Below are positions 17,805 to 26,893 of a DNA stretch of 40,023 nt, piece by piece (position 1 is the stretch's first letter; each line of letters opens with the position of its first letter). The notes below the pieces were generated by a model, which worked only from the letters and a program-made list of their open reading frames with translations, was not told the origin of the DNA and made no database searches. A program made the translations under genes and the position numbers. This DNA is from a virus. Its lineage: Duplodnaviria; Caudoviricetes. The stretch is taken from IMG/VR virus record IMGVR_UViG_3300028586_000771, positions 1-40,023 of that record; one strand, written 5' to 3'.

Positions 17805-19324
17805 TGGCTAAAAAGACAGATAAGGCACAATTACATAACTGGTCGGCATTTGTAGATAACACGCGCCGCGCCACACCTGTAGACCTTAACGAAACGCCTA
17901 CAGATAAGGCAAAACGTATAAAAAGGTTAGAGGCAAACGATGAGGATTGGTTTAAGTACTATTTTCCAAACTTTTACACGTCCGAACCTGCACAATTTCA
18001 TAAGAAAGCCACACAACGGGTTATGGCTAACCCTGAATGGTTCGAGGTGCGCTCATGGTCGCGGGAGCTTGCAAAGTCAGCCCGTACCATGATGGAGGTT
18101 ATTAAGTTGACAGCCACCGGCAAAAAAAGGAACTGGCTTTTAGTAAGCAACACTTATGAAAATGCCTGCCGCCTGTTGCTGCCATACAAAATAATCTTTG
18201 AGAATAACACCAGGCTTATTAACGATTATGGCGAACAGGTTGGCTCTGTTAAGTGGGAGGCTGGCGAATTTATCACAAAGCCCGGTGCAGCGTTTCGTGC
18301 GCTTGGTGCGGGGCAATCGCCAAGGGGTAGCCGTAACGACAACTATAGGCCTGATGGCATATTGATAGATGATATCGATACGGATGAGGAGTGCAGGAAC
18401 CCCGACAGGGTAACTTTTAAAGTGGACTGGATAGAACAGGCACTTATCCCTACACGTTCCATATCGGTACCGCTATTAATAATAGTGTGTGGTAACATCA
18501 TTGCCAAATATTGCTGTGTTACCGAACTGGCAAAAAAAGCCGATGTACACGACATTGTAAACATCAGGGATAAAAACGGCAAATCTACATGGCCTACAAA
18601 GAATACTGAGGAAATGATTGATCGTGCGCTTAAGCCTATAAAGCTAAGCTCACAGCAAAAGGAATATTACAATAACCCGATCATCATTGGTAAACTTTTC
18701 AAGTCGGTGGCATGGGGCAAATGCCCAAAGCTAACGAGCTGCGAGCAATGGCTTACCTACAGTGACCCTGCAACATCCGATAAAAAGACTAAGGACTCAT
18801 CAACAAAAGGAACCGGTGTCATTGGATATAAAGCCGGTAAATATTACCTGTACAAAATATGGTTAGGTAGTATGACACAAAGTGAGTTTGTAAAAACGAT
18901 TTATGATGCTAAAGCATACGCCATAAATAAAGGAGCTGATACTTGCCAAACATGGTTAGAAAATAATAGCCTGCAAGACCCATTTTACCAACAGGTACTA
19001 AAAAAGCTTATAGCTGCTATTGGAATTGTCAGAAAATTACGGTTAGCAATATCGCTTGATGCACGTAAAAAAGGCGATAAGTACGACCGTCTTGAAGCAA
19101 CTCTCGAACCGTTATGGAGACAGGGAGACCTAATTTTTAATGAAGACGAAAAAGACAATCCGCACATGCAGCTTATGGAGGAGCAATTTCTTGGTGTATC
19201 TCCTAACTCAAAGTTTATGGACGGCCCCGATTTATTAGAGGGTGGCACATGGATTATACAAAACAGGGTAGCAAAAAGCGATAACACCTACAGCTACGGC
19301 AAAAGGCAAAACTACAAGTATTAA
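17804..19324 (+). CDS. Terminase large subunit (Mu gp28-like)
   Basis: SRELAKS Walker A variant, ILIDDID Walker B, YSDPA and MDGPD nuclease aspartates. Confidence 0.88.
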   Translation: MAKKTDKAQLHNWSAFVDNTRRATPVDLNETPTDKAKRIKRLEANDEDWFKYYFPNFYTSEPAQFHKKATQRVMANPEWFEVRSWSRELAKSARTMMEVIKLTATGKKRNWLLVSNTYENACRLLLPYKIIFENNTRLINDYGEQVGSVKWEAGEFITKPGAAFRALGAGQSPRGSRNDNYRPDGILIDDIDTDEECRNPDRVTFKVDWIEQALIPTRSISVPLLIIVCGNIIAKYCCVTELAKKADVHDIVNIRDKNGKSTWPTKNTEEMIDRALKPIKLSSQQKEYYNNPIIIGKLFKSVAWGKCPKLTSCEQWLTYSDPATSDKKTKDSSTKGTGVIGYKAGKYYLYKIWLGSMTQSEFVKTIYDAKAYAINKGADTCQTWLENNSLQDPFYQQVLKKLIAAIGIVRKLRLAISLDARKKGDKYDRLEATLEPLWRQGDLIFNEDEKDNPHMQLMEEQFLGVSPNSKFMDGPDLLEGGTWIIQNRVAKSDNTYSYGKRQNYKY

Positions 19325-19325
19325 T

Positions 19326-19502
19326 ATGAAAGCAGTATATAAAAGAGTAGCCACCTATCAAATAGGTGTAGACATATTAGGGTTCCCAATCTTTGTACAA
19401 CACGAAATTTATCAGGATAACCCGGTTCGCACAAAAAAGGGAGGCAACCACAAAGCCCTTAGATGGATAACCTGTATTGTAACGCTACTTAAACAGCATT
19501 AA
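19326..19502 (+). CDS. Small hypothetical protein (58 aa, below ORF-track cutoff)
   Basis: MKAVYKRVATYQIGVDILGFPIF…LLKQH exactly fills the gap between terminase and gp36. Confidence 0.55.
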   Translation: MKAVYKRVATYQIGVDILGFPIFVQHEIYQDNPVRTKKGGNHKALRWITCIVTLLKQH

Positions 19503-19503
19503 A

Positions 19504-19962
19504 ATGTTTGTAAACGAAGATGATTTCGGAAATGTTATTTACGGTTACCAGGTAGAGCAAATAACAGACGGTAATGATGATATTCTATTACAGGCCCTTG
19601 CTGCGGGTATTGAGGAAACGCGCTCTTATTTAGAGATAAATACGAACCGACACGATAGTATGGACGGCAGACTGATCTACGATGTGGTAGCCATATTTAG
19701 CGCCATTGGTACAGATCGTAATGCTCTAATACTACAACATACCTTAACTATTGCTAAGTGGCACCTGGTACAGCTCTGTAATGCTGATATTATTTATGAG
19801 CAGGCAAAAGAGCGCTACGACCGCGCTATAACTTGGTTACGACAACTAAGTAAAGGAGATATAACAATGAGCTCGTTACCGCTGTTAGCACAAACGCCGG
19901 ATAACGATAACAGCCGTAAGCCTTTTAGCTATGGCAGCCGTAAAAAGTTTAGATATGAGTAA
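19504..19962 (+). CDS. Mu gp36-like head-tail adaptor (DUF1320)
   Basis: YDVVAIF…RNALIL…IAKWHL…ERYDRAITWL. Confidence 0.8.
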   Translation: MFVNEDDFGNVIYGYQVEQITDGNDDILLQALAAGIEETRSYLEINTNRHDSMDGRLIYDVVAIFSAIGTDRNALILQHTLTIAKWHLVQLCNADIIYEQAKERYDRAITWLRQLSKGDITMSSLPLLAQTPDNDNSRKPFSYGSRKKFRYE

Positions 19963-21178
19963 GTTTAAAAAATATAGGAAAAGCGGTATTAGCCTTGCTG
20001 CACAACAAACCACCAAGACCGCACCACCACGCGGCAACTTTAGCGTTGCACCTAAGAGTATAAGCAGAACCCGACAGGATATAAAAGCCTATGTGCAATC
20101 ATTAAACGTGGCTCGTAATGCTGAGGCTCCAAGATGGTGGCCTTTTCAATTGTTGCTTAACGATATTTTCATGGATGCGCATTTGCGCAGCCAGGTGCAG
20201 AACCGTATAAATAAAAGCATCGCTGCGAGCTTCATTTTTACAGACATGGCCGGTAACGAATTGGAGGAGCTTACTAACCTGCATCAAAATGCTACATGGG
20301 TAAGTAACCTTAACCGTTATATACTGCAATCCATTTACTGGAAACATAGCCTTGTAGAATTTAAGTATGAAGATGGCCAGTTTAAATGCGGGCTGATACC
20401 CCGAACTAATATAGAGCCCGTAAATGGTTTATTCTTTAAAGATTACCACGATGATCTAAGCAGCTTTAGCTATAGGGATATGCCCGAATATGGCTCATGG
20501 ATAATGGAGTTTGGCGACCCTGACGACTTAGGATTGCTTAATAACTGTGTGCCTCATGTACTTATGAAACGTTTTGCGCAAAGCTGTTGGAGTGAGCTGT
20601 GCGAGATTTACGGCATACCACCACGTGTAATGAAAACCAATACACAAGACCCCGCAATGCTAAGGCAGGCCGAAAGGATGATGACCGACATGGGAGCTGC
20701 TGCATGGTTTATAATTGACAGCTCAGAAGAGTTTGAATTTGCACAGGGTGTATCTACTAATGGGGAGGTTTATAAGAACCTGATACAGCTTTGTAACAAT
20801 GAAATGAGCATGGTTATACAAGGTGGTGTGATCGGTCAGGACACAGCCAATGGCAACCGATCTAAAGAAGAGGTTTCGCAGGGCCTGCTTGATGACTTAG
20901 TTAACAGCGACCTTGCATTACTGGAACAATATTGGAATACTACCGTTATACCTGGCTTACAAAAATTGGGCATACTGCCTAAAAATGTTGTTTACGGTTA
21001 TCCTAAAGCTGAGGACTTGGATAAACTATGGTCTATGACAAAGGATGCGTTACAGCATTATGATATTTCGGCTGAGTGGGTAAGCGATACCTTTGGCATC
21101 CCTGTAGAACCTAAGAAGCAGGCACAACAGCAAAACAAACCACTATCCCTTAACCTTAACCCTGATTTTTTCGTTTAA
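19955..21178 (+). CDS. Portal protein (DUF935, Mu gp29-like)
   Basis: DAHL, WSELCEIYGIPPR, CNNEMS…GG, GNRSKEEV. Start at 19955 preferred over 19931. Confidence 0.88.
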   Translation: MSKFKKYRKSGISLAAQQTTKTAPPRGNFSVAPKSISRTRQDIKAYVQSLNVARNAEAPRWWPFQLLLNDIFMDAHLRSQVQNRINKSIAASFIFTDMAGNELEELTNLHQNATWVSNLNRYILQSIYWKHSLVEFKYEDGQFKCGLIPRTNIEPVNGLFFKDYHDDLSSFSYRDMPEYGSWIMEFGDPDDLGLLNNCVPHVLMKRFAQSCWSELCEIYGIPPRVMKTNTQDPAMLRQAERMMTDMGAAAWFIIDSSEEFEFAQGVSTNGEVYKNLIQLCNNEMSMVIQGGVIGQDTANGNRSKEEVSQGLLDDLVNSDLALLEQYWNTTVIPGLQKLGILPKNVVYGYPKAEDLDKLWSMTKDALQHYDISAEWVSDTFGIPVEPKKQAQQQNKPLSLNLNPDFFV

Positions 21179-21209
21179 GCCCCAAAGCCTGGCATGGGTA
21201 TTTTGGGGC
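21166..21209 (+). other. Candidate -1 ribosomal frameshift signal linking portal to MuF
   Basis: T TTT TTC at 21166-21172, 6-nt spacer, GCCCCAAA/TTTGGGGC stem (21179-21186 / 21202-21209). The -1 frame is open and is the MuF frame. Confidence 0.7.
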
Positions 21210-21210
21210 A

Positions 21211-22779
21211 TTGCATGGCCGCTTATCGTTTCTTTACGACTGCAATTGCGAAGATTGCAAAGCAACGCCTCAGCAACTTGCAACCTTATCTACAGGTAAG
21301 CCGTTTAAACAGCTTTTAAATACCGTTGAAAAGGCATTTAATAAATTGCATGAGTTGGGCAGCTACAAGCCTGAGGACTTAAATAAAGTAAAGGAATACA
21401 AGGCACTCGTTACTCATACCGCTAAGATTTTTAATACTGCGGTACAGGACAACGATATCCCTGCTGCAATGCTTAACAGCCTTAAAAATGACATTTATTT
21501 GTTTTCGGGGTTGCGTACGCATGCCGAACTATTTGAAGCCTCGAGGCAATTGCTAAGCGATGATGGGCAGGTAAAAGGCTTTAGCCAATTTAGCCGTGAC
21601 ATAGCGAAAATTAAGGCGAACTATAATCAAACGTATTTAGATGCAGAATACAATTTTGCTCTTACATCTGCACAAATGGCAGGGCAATGGGCTGCGTTAA
21701 GCCCAGATTATAATTTGCAATATCGCACGGCAGCAGATGAGCGTGTACGCGATACGCATGCCGCCTTGCATGATATTACATTGCCTGTAAACGACCCGTT
21801 TTGGCTATCCTATTACCCGCCTAATGGTTGGGGTTGCAGGTGCGATGCGGTGCAGGTTCTTAAAAGTAAATATGAGGAAAGCAACCCCAATATTGCAATA
21901 ACTCGCGGCGAAGCTGCCACCAGTCAGATCGGTAAGGATGGTAAGAACCGCTTAGAAATATTCCGTTTTAATCCAGGTGCACAAAAGGTAGTTTTCCCGC
22001 CAAACCATCCCTATAATAAAGTGAGTGGTGCAGATGTAATTAAAGAGAATGTCAAAAATGGCAGCTTCAAAGTTACACCTGACATCTTGAAAGAATTTGA
22101 TAAGAGAGAGATTTATGTGTATGAGAAAGGGCGTGGTATAGAATTTTTTAACGAGAACTTTAAAGGTTTTGACTTTATTGAACTTGACAAAAATATAAAT
22201 GAAATTGCCCAGGCAAATGGTTTTAAAATTAATCAGAGAAATTTAAGCTTTTATGAAGGTAAGGTAAATATTGAGTATAGGGCTAAGGATGGCAAGTTTA
22301 CTATGGTGCGATCGTTGTATCTCGATGGCACTATAAAGACCGTATCGCACGACCTCTTAATGCTTAATAGTGACCTACAAGGCGGTGGTCTCACAAAAAA
22401 CTTGTTTAAGCAACTTTACAAACAGTATCAAAGTGCAAGCCTGCAACAAATTGAGGTGCATGCAAACATCGATATTGGTGGTTATGCATGGGGTAAATAC
22501 GGATTTTCCGCAATTAGAAAATTAGATGTAGATTATATTTTAGAAGGTGCCGAAAGATTAGCTAAAAGAGGCGACCTGACCAAATTAGAGCTTGACCACT
22601 TTAAAGGATTGTATAAAAATCATTACAAAGTAAAAGATGCAGGGCCATTCCCTATGCACGACATTGCTCAAACATCATACGGTAAGAAAGTTTTATTAGG
22701 TAGCGACTGGTATGGCACAATTGATTTAAAAAATAATGCGCAAAGGCAGATTTTTGAAGACTACTTATTAGGGAAGTAA
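21211..22779 (+). CDS. MuF (Mu gpF-like minor head protein) with C-terminal GNAT-like extension
   Basis: LQYRTAADERVRDTHAALH…DPFW…YPPNGWGCRC MuF core; C-terminal LQGGGLTK…IEVHAN…GGYAWGKYGF. Only a TTG start near the 5' end. Confidence 0.85.
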   Translation: MHGRLSFLYDCNCEDCKATPQQLATLSTGKPFKQLLNTVEKAFNKLHELGSYKPEDLNKVKEYKALVTHTAKIFNTAVQDNDIPAAMLNSLKNDIYLFSGLRTHAELFEASRQLLSDDGQVKGFSQFSRDIAKIKANYNQTYLDAEYNFALTSAQMAGQWAALSPDYNLQYRTAADERVRDTHAALHDITLPVNDPFWLSYYPPNGWGCRCDAVQVLKSKYEESNPNIAITRGEAATSQIGKDGKNRLEIFRFNPGAQKVVFPPNHPYNKVSGADVIKENVKNGSFKVTPDILKEFDKREIYVYEKGRGIEFFNENFKGFDFIELDKNINEIAQANGFKINQRNLSFYEGKVNIEYRAKDGKFTMVRSLYLDGTIKTVSHDLLMLNSDLQGGGLTKNLFKQLYKQYQSASLQQIEVHANIDIGGYAWGKYGFSAIRKLDVDYILEGAERLAKRGDLTKLELDHFKGLYKNHYKVKDAGPFPMHDIAQTSYGKKVLLGSDWYGTIDLKNNAQRQIFEDYLLGK

Positions 22780-22977
22780 CTCATTGTATTGTGTTGAATA
22801 TTTGGCTATATCTTTTTCTGTTACACCATAAAGGCTTGTAACGTCAGAAACTGAGTAACCATTACGCATGGAGCGTATAGCAGAAAACACCCGGTGTCTT
22901 GTAGCTGTATCTTCTGATACAGCAAACTCCGAATGCATTTTTGTAGTAAGTTCTTCCTTAAAGGTTCTATCTGCCAT
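22768..22977 (-). CDS. Small convergent protein, candidate immunity/antitoxin
   Basis: 69 aa; overlaps the MuF stop tail-to-tail; own TACCTTTG box 5 nt before the ATG. Confidence 0.65.
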   Translation of the reverse strand: MADRTFKEELTTKMHSEFAVSEDTATRHRVFSAIRSMRNGYSVSDVTSLYGVTEKDIAKYSTQYNELLP

Positions 22978-22982
22978 AAATA

Positions 22983-22990
22983 CAAAGGTA
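22983..22990 (-). promoter_or_regulatory. -7 promoter element TACCTTTG
   Basis: TAnnTTTG match 5 nt upstream of ATG 22977. Confidence 0.6.
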
Positions 22991-22998
22991 TAAAAAAT

Positions 22999-23547
22999 AT
23001 GGATATCAACGGCTTAGTAACTAAAATTACTAATGATGTAGCTGTAGACCTTAATGAGGAATACAAAAGAAACTTTGAAAGGAAAGCCTTTTTTGACCAG
23101 GCATGGCCAATATCAAAGTTTAAGAATGCCAAAGGCAGTGCCATGATGCGAAGCGGTGCCTTGCGCCGATCTATTAAGTATAATGTGGTTGCAGGTATGA
23201 TAACCTGGAGCAGCTCCCTACCATACGCCAAAATCAATAATGAGGGTGGCGAAATTACGGTAACGGTACAAATGAAAAAGTTTTTTTGGGCTATGTACTA
23301 CAAAGCAGCCGGTGCGATAACTACAAAGAAAGATGGTGCAGCTTCTAAAAGCAAAAAGAACGAACGGTTAACCGGCGAAGCTGCACAATGGAAAGCCTTA
23401 GCTCTTAAAAAAGTGGGTTCTAAAATTAAGATCAGTAAAAGGCAATTTATAGGCAGCCATCCACAGGTAACAGCGATTATAAAAAAACATACAGACAACC
23501 ACCTGCATATCATAGATAGTTATATTAAAAACAGTTTAAGACGATGA
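22999..23547 (+). CDS. Phage virion morphogenesis protein (Mu gpG-like)
   Basis: RNFERKAFF…W…SGALRRSI…PYAKINNEGG…KRQFIG; ATG at 22999. Confidence 0.85.
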   Translation: MDINGLVTKITNDVAVDLNEEYKRNFERKAFFDQAWPISKFKNAKGSAMMRSGALRRSIKYNVVAGMITWSSSLPYAKINNEGGEITVTVQMKKFFWAMYYKAAGAITTKKDGAASKSKKNERLTGEAAQWKALALKKVGSKIKISKRQFIGSHPQVTAIIKKHTDNHLHIIDSYIKNSLRR

Positions 23548-24020
23548 TTGAAATTTTTAAAAGTATACAGGATAAAATTGCCGCAATTACTGTAGATAAC
23601 GAAACAACAACGCCACTACTTAATTATGTGGATGAAGATTGGGGACAGCTTGACGATTATGGTATAAACTGTCCTGTTAAATGGCCTTGCTGCCTTATTG
23701 ATGAGCAAAGCGAAAGTTATAGCGACATGGGTATGCAGCGCGGCTTAAACCCCATTAACAGGCAACAGGGCACATTAACTATTGTTCTTACAATAGCAAA
23801 TGTAAAGCTTACCAATACCAGTTCTAAAGCCCCTTTGCAGCAAAAGCAACATGCGTGGCACATAAAAGAAATAAAGGAGCGTATACACGCCGAATTACAC
23901 GGATGGGCACCGGTGGCAGGTCAGGGTAAGCTTATGCGGGTTTCAGGTAATAAAGTGGGGCGCGACGATGGTGTACAGCAACACAGGGTATTTTACAGCA
24001 TGGGTTTAAACAATGTTTAA
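23544..24020 (+). CDS. Mu gp37-like tail terminator
   Basis: LNYVDEDWGQLD…PVKWPCCLID…IHAELHGW; gene order. Confidence 0.7.
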   Translation: MIEIFKSIQDKIAAITVDNETTTPLLNYVDEDWGQLDDYGINCPVKWPCCLIDEQSESYSDMGMQRGLNPINRQQGTLTIVLTIANVKLTNTSSKAPLQQKQHAWHIKEIKERIHAELHGWAPVAGQGKLMRVSGNKVGRDDGVQQHRVFYSMGLNNV

Positions 24021-24241
24021 ACAGCCATTTTAAGCTGCCTTGAGCTCTCCATTTCCTTAAGCTGCTTATCTACCTGTGTGCTTAAAATATTGTATAATGT
24101 AACGCGTGAAATTGGGTAGATAGGGTAAATATATTTTCTGAGCACCTGGCACGTCGAGATATCATCAGTCTTGTGTTTTAAGTACAATTCCTGAATAAGC
24201 TTATAACGTCGTAATGTGTTGAGATTTACAGTAGGTGACAT
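24017..24241 (-). CDS. Small HTH-like protein, candidate late transcription regulator
   Basis: YIYPIYPISRVTLYNIL HTH-like segment; own TATATTTG box at 24249-24256. Confidence 0.6.
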   Translation of the reverse strand: MSPTVNLNTLRRYKLIQELYLKHKTDDISTCQVLRKYIYPIYPISRVTLYNILSTQVDKQLKEMESSRQLKMAV

Positions 24242-24326
24242 AATGGCACAAATATATATAATATTTGGCAGATTATAAGAAAATTTTAGTAGGTTATGTT
24301 AAAGTACACTTAAAATTTTCTATTAC

Positions 24327-24356
24327 AAAAAAGCCTCTCGATTGAGAGGCTTTTTT
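24327..24356. terminator. Bidirectional intrinsic terminator
   Basis: AAAAAAGCCTCTC-GATT-GAGAGGCTTTTTT. Confidence 0.85.
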
Positions 24357-24891
24357 ATGATTGGTTTTTTAGAACCCACGAGTTACCTTGCTTTTGAATA
24401 TAATAATTGACCGCATTGGGAACGTCTTTAACGTGTTGGCTCTTATAGTCAGTTAGAGTTTTTTCAGTATCAGCTGAGGGGTTAAAATATTCTTTCCAAA
24501 AAGGGAACAAATTTAAGTACGTAGCTTGTACAGTACTAAGCCTGTATTTTTTAATACCTGTTTTTTCAAGGTCTACATTTTCGCCCTCATTAAAGTACAC
24601 GAAATCTACTGTTGTATAAACGTTAGCTTGCACCTGATCATAGGTACGCCCCGAAATTTCTTTATCTGAAAGGTTTGCAGGTGCAAAAACATAACGTAAA
24701 TTCTTCTGTGTAGGAGAATCTATAGTTTGATAAAGTCGAAGCTGCACTTTACTAAAAGAAACAATCTCATTAGCCACTTTTAAAGCATCTGCCTCAGACG
24801 GCAATGCCTTTAACTTCTGTAGGTAACTAACGTCTTGTGAATGTGCAAGCGTACCAATTAAGAAGCCTGCCAGTAATAGTAATTTTTTCAT
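24355..24891 (-). CDS. Secreted/periplasmic hypothetical protein
   Basis: Sec signal MKKLLLLAGFLIGTLAHS|Q, with the Gln after cleavage typical of Bacteroidota. Confidence 0.8.
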   Translation of the reverse strand: MKKLLLLAGFLIGTLAHSQDVSYLQKLKALPSEADALKVANEIVSFSKVQLRLYQTIDSPTQKNLRYVFAPANLSDKEISGRTYDQVQANVYTTVDFVYFNEGENVDLEKTGIKKYRLSTVQATYLNLFPFWKEYFNPSADTEKTLTDYKSQHVKDVPNAVNYYIQKQGNSWVLKNQS

Positions 24892-25532
24892 ACAAAATGT
24901 TTTTTAGTTGATGCTTGGTTCATTGTATATCGTGCAAAATCCCGATGCTCTTTGGTAAATTCGTCATTCCCCAATTTACTTAATTCATTCAATACCATGT
25001 TTGATATTTCCATAATCTTTGTATACCTGTTTACAATAGCGTTTTTTTGTTTCATCCCTGAAATTGCCTCATTGTGAATAGCAAGATTTACACGCAATGC
25101 CCTTATCAAATTATCGCAATAAAAATTATCAAGCAACTTCCTATCACTGGGGTGTTTGCAAATAAAAGTTTGGTTACTGGTCAAAATTTTATCAAAATAC
25201 ATCTGCTTATATTCCTCAGCTGCTATATAGAATTGCTTATTGTAGATAGGGTCATTGTAGGAGATGGTTAACATTGCCATCAAATCTTGTGAGAAATTGT
25301 ATCGGCCTATAATTATGTCAATGTTCTTAGACGTTTGTATAATTTCAAGGCTCTCTAATAGTTGAATTTGCATTCCCTTTAAAGATGAAATTTTATTAGA
25401 TGGCTTTAGCTCAATAGGCCTAAACATAGGTGGCAACGTCCCGGCACGCTTCATTCGTATAGCTCTTTTTATTTGCCATACTATGAAAGCTATTAAACCG
25501 ATGATCATGAATAGTACCACAATTATTTCCAT
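24888..25532 (-). CDS. Membrane-anchored hypothetical protein
   Basis: N-terminal TM from ATG 25532; TATGTTTG box at 25562-25569 supports this start. Confidence 0.7.
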   Translation of the reverse strand: MEIIVVLFMIIGLIAFIVWQIKRAIRMKRAGTLPPMFRPIELKPSNKISSLKGMQIQLLESLEIIQTSKNIDIIIGRYNFSQDLMAMLTISYNDPIYNKQFYIAAEEYKQMYFDKILTSNQTFICKHPSDRKLLDNFYCDNLIRALRVNLAIHNEAISGMKQKNAIVNRYTKIMEISNMVLNELSKLGNDEFTKEHRDFARYTMNQASTKKHFV

Positions 25533-25647
25533 GCTGCTAATATAATAAAAGGCTTGATTATCAAACATACCCATCAATAGGTATTTTTAACATTTGCACC
25601 ATGTAGAAAATAATCATCTAATTAAAAGACTTTTTTACATTTGTATC

Positions 25648-26007
25648 ATGGCTTTGATTACAGGCAATAACGATTTTGTGCGCATGGGCGACCTTGATAA
25701 GGTTGTGGGCGAATGCCGCGAAATGGCTAACAAACTTGGCCTTATAATTGCGTGGCGCATAAAAAAGCGCACAGCTGCTGCCTTATTAAAGTACGACGGC
25801 CATATTGTATGGCAAGCTACCTTTACGGACGATATGCCGCACCAGGTGCTTTACAATATGTACGCCGGGGTACAGGCAGAACTCAACAAGCGCACCAAAG
25901 AAAATCACGAAAGTATCATGCGAATGCGGCAAATGGAGTTAGAACGCCAAGCAGAAAAAAAGATTATGGACATGCCCACATGGCAGGAGCGTAGAAATTC
26001 CAAATAA
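25648..26007 (+). CDS. Hypothetical protein
   Basis: ATG 25648 lies 4 nt after TACATTTG (25636-25643). Confidence 0.7.
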   Translation: MALITGNNDFVRMGDLDKVVGECREMANKLGLIIAWRIKKRTAAALLKYDGHIVWQATFTDDMPHQVLYNMYAGVQAELNKRTKENHESIMRMRQMELERQAEKKIMDMPTWQERRNSK

Positions 26008-26064
26008 TAATAATATATTTGACGTGTAAAAGTCAAATTGTTGGATTCGATTTTCCTTTACCCT

Positions 26065-26093
26065 AAAAGCCACTTTTGCGAGTGGCTTTTTTT
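26065..26093. terminator. Bidirectional intrinsic terminator
   Basis: AAAAGCCACTT-TTGC-GAGTGGCTTTTTTT between convergent genes. Confidence 0.85.
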
Positions 26094-26688
26094 AAGACCT
26101 TAATTGTCCTTTTAAACCTGATCTACTTGCAATCCAATCTTCTATTGAATTTAAAACACTATGCATTTTAATTATAAAATCGTGCAGATTTTCTAACTCA
26201 TCCGGTTTTACTAATCGGCTTGGCAAATTCGACTCACTATTTTTATTAAATATTTTACAAAACTCCTCTTTTATATATAAATTCTCCATAGTACAATTGG
26301 TGCAATACAGAAAATCTAACTTCTCATAAATACTTTTATCAAGTAATCTTGAACGTCTTAAGTCGGCTATTTGATTTTTGAAATCAGTATAAAACCCAAT
26401 TTCAAAATATAGCGGCAAAAGCATCATATTCGCTTGCTGAGCAATAAACTCTTTCATATTGCCTGATAATTTGAAATTGCCCACCGCCATAAATTCTGCT
26501 TTGCGATTTAAGGCCATATAACTAAAATTATGTTCATGCAACATCTCGTATAAATTGAGCACGACCTCTAATTTCTTATCCATCACAATTTTTTTCAGAC
26601 CGTATCTATCAGAATTTCGGATGGTAATTACTATTGAGGCTACTGCAATTATTAGTGCAGCAACAGCAGTAAAGTCTTTAATTTCCAT
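26092..26688 (-). CDS. Membrane-anchored hypothetical protein
   Basis: N-terminal TM; TATATTTG at 26701-26708 supports ATG 26688. Confidence 0.7.
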   Translation of the reverse strand: MEIKDFTAVAALIIAVASIVITIRNSDRYGLKKIVMDKKLEVVLNLYEMLHEHNFSYMALNRKAEFMAVGNFKLSGNMKEFIAQQANMMLLPLYFEIGFYTDFKNQIADLRRSRLLDKSIYEKLDFLYCTNCTMENLYIKEEFCKIFNKNSESNLPSRLVKPDELENLHDFIIKMHSVLNSIEDWIASRSGLKGQLRS

Positions 26689-26893
26689 TTTGCCTTTTTT
26701 CAAATATAAACAATTTCATCAACTATCGCGCGCCAGTTGTTCGACATGGCGTTATTTCTTCCCAGATGGCCAAAGTAATGACACGAGTTATCGGTAAAGC
26801 AACTCCTGCGAGTGACTTTTCTAATATTAATCCTTGCGCATTGCAACTTTAATTTTAACATTTATATATCTTTGTTTTACAATATTTTAATTG

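Noticed and set aside
18343-23513. - strand ORFs 18343-18582, 18985-19287, 20102-20347, 22821-23237, 23298-23513
   Set aside because: Overlap well-supported + strand genes and lack promoters, unlike 22768-22977.
26720-26797. GC-richer patch and ORF 26555-26797
   Set aside because: Mostly antisense to a real gene; may be a gene remnant but cannot be identified.
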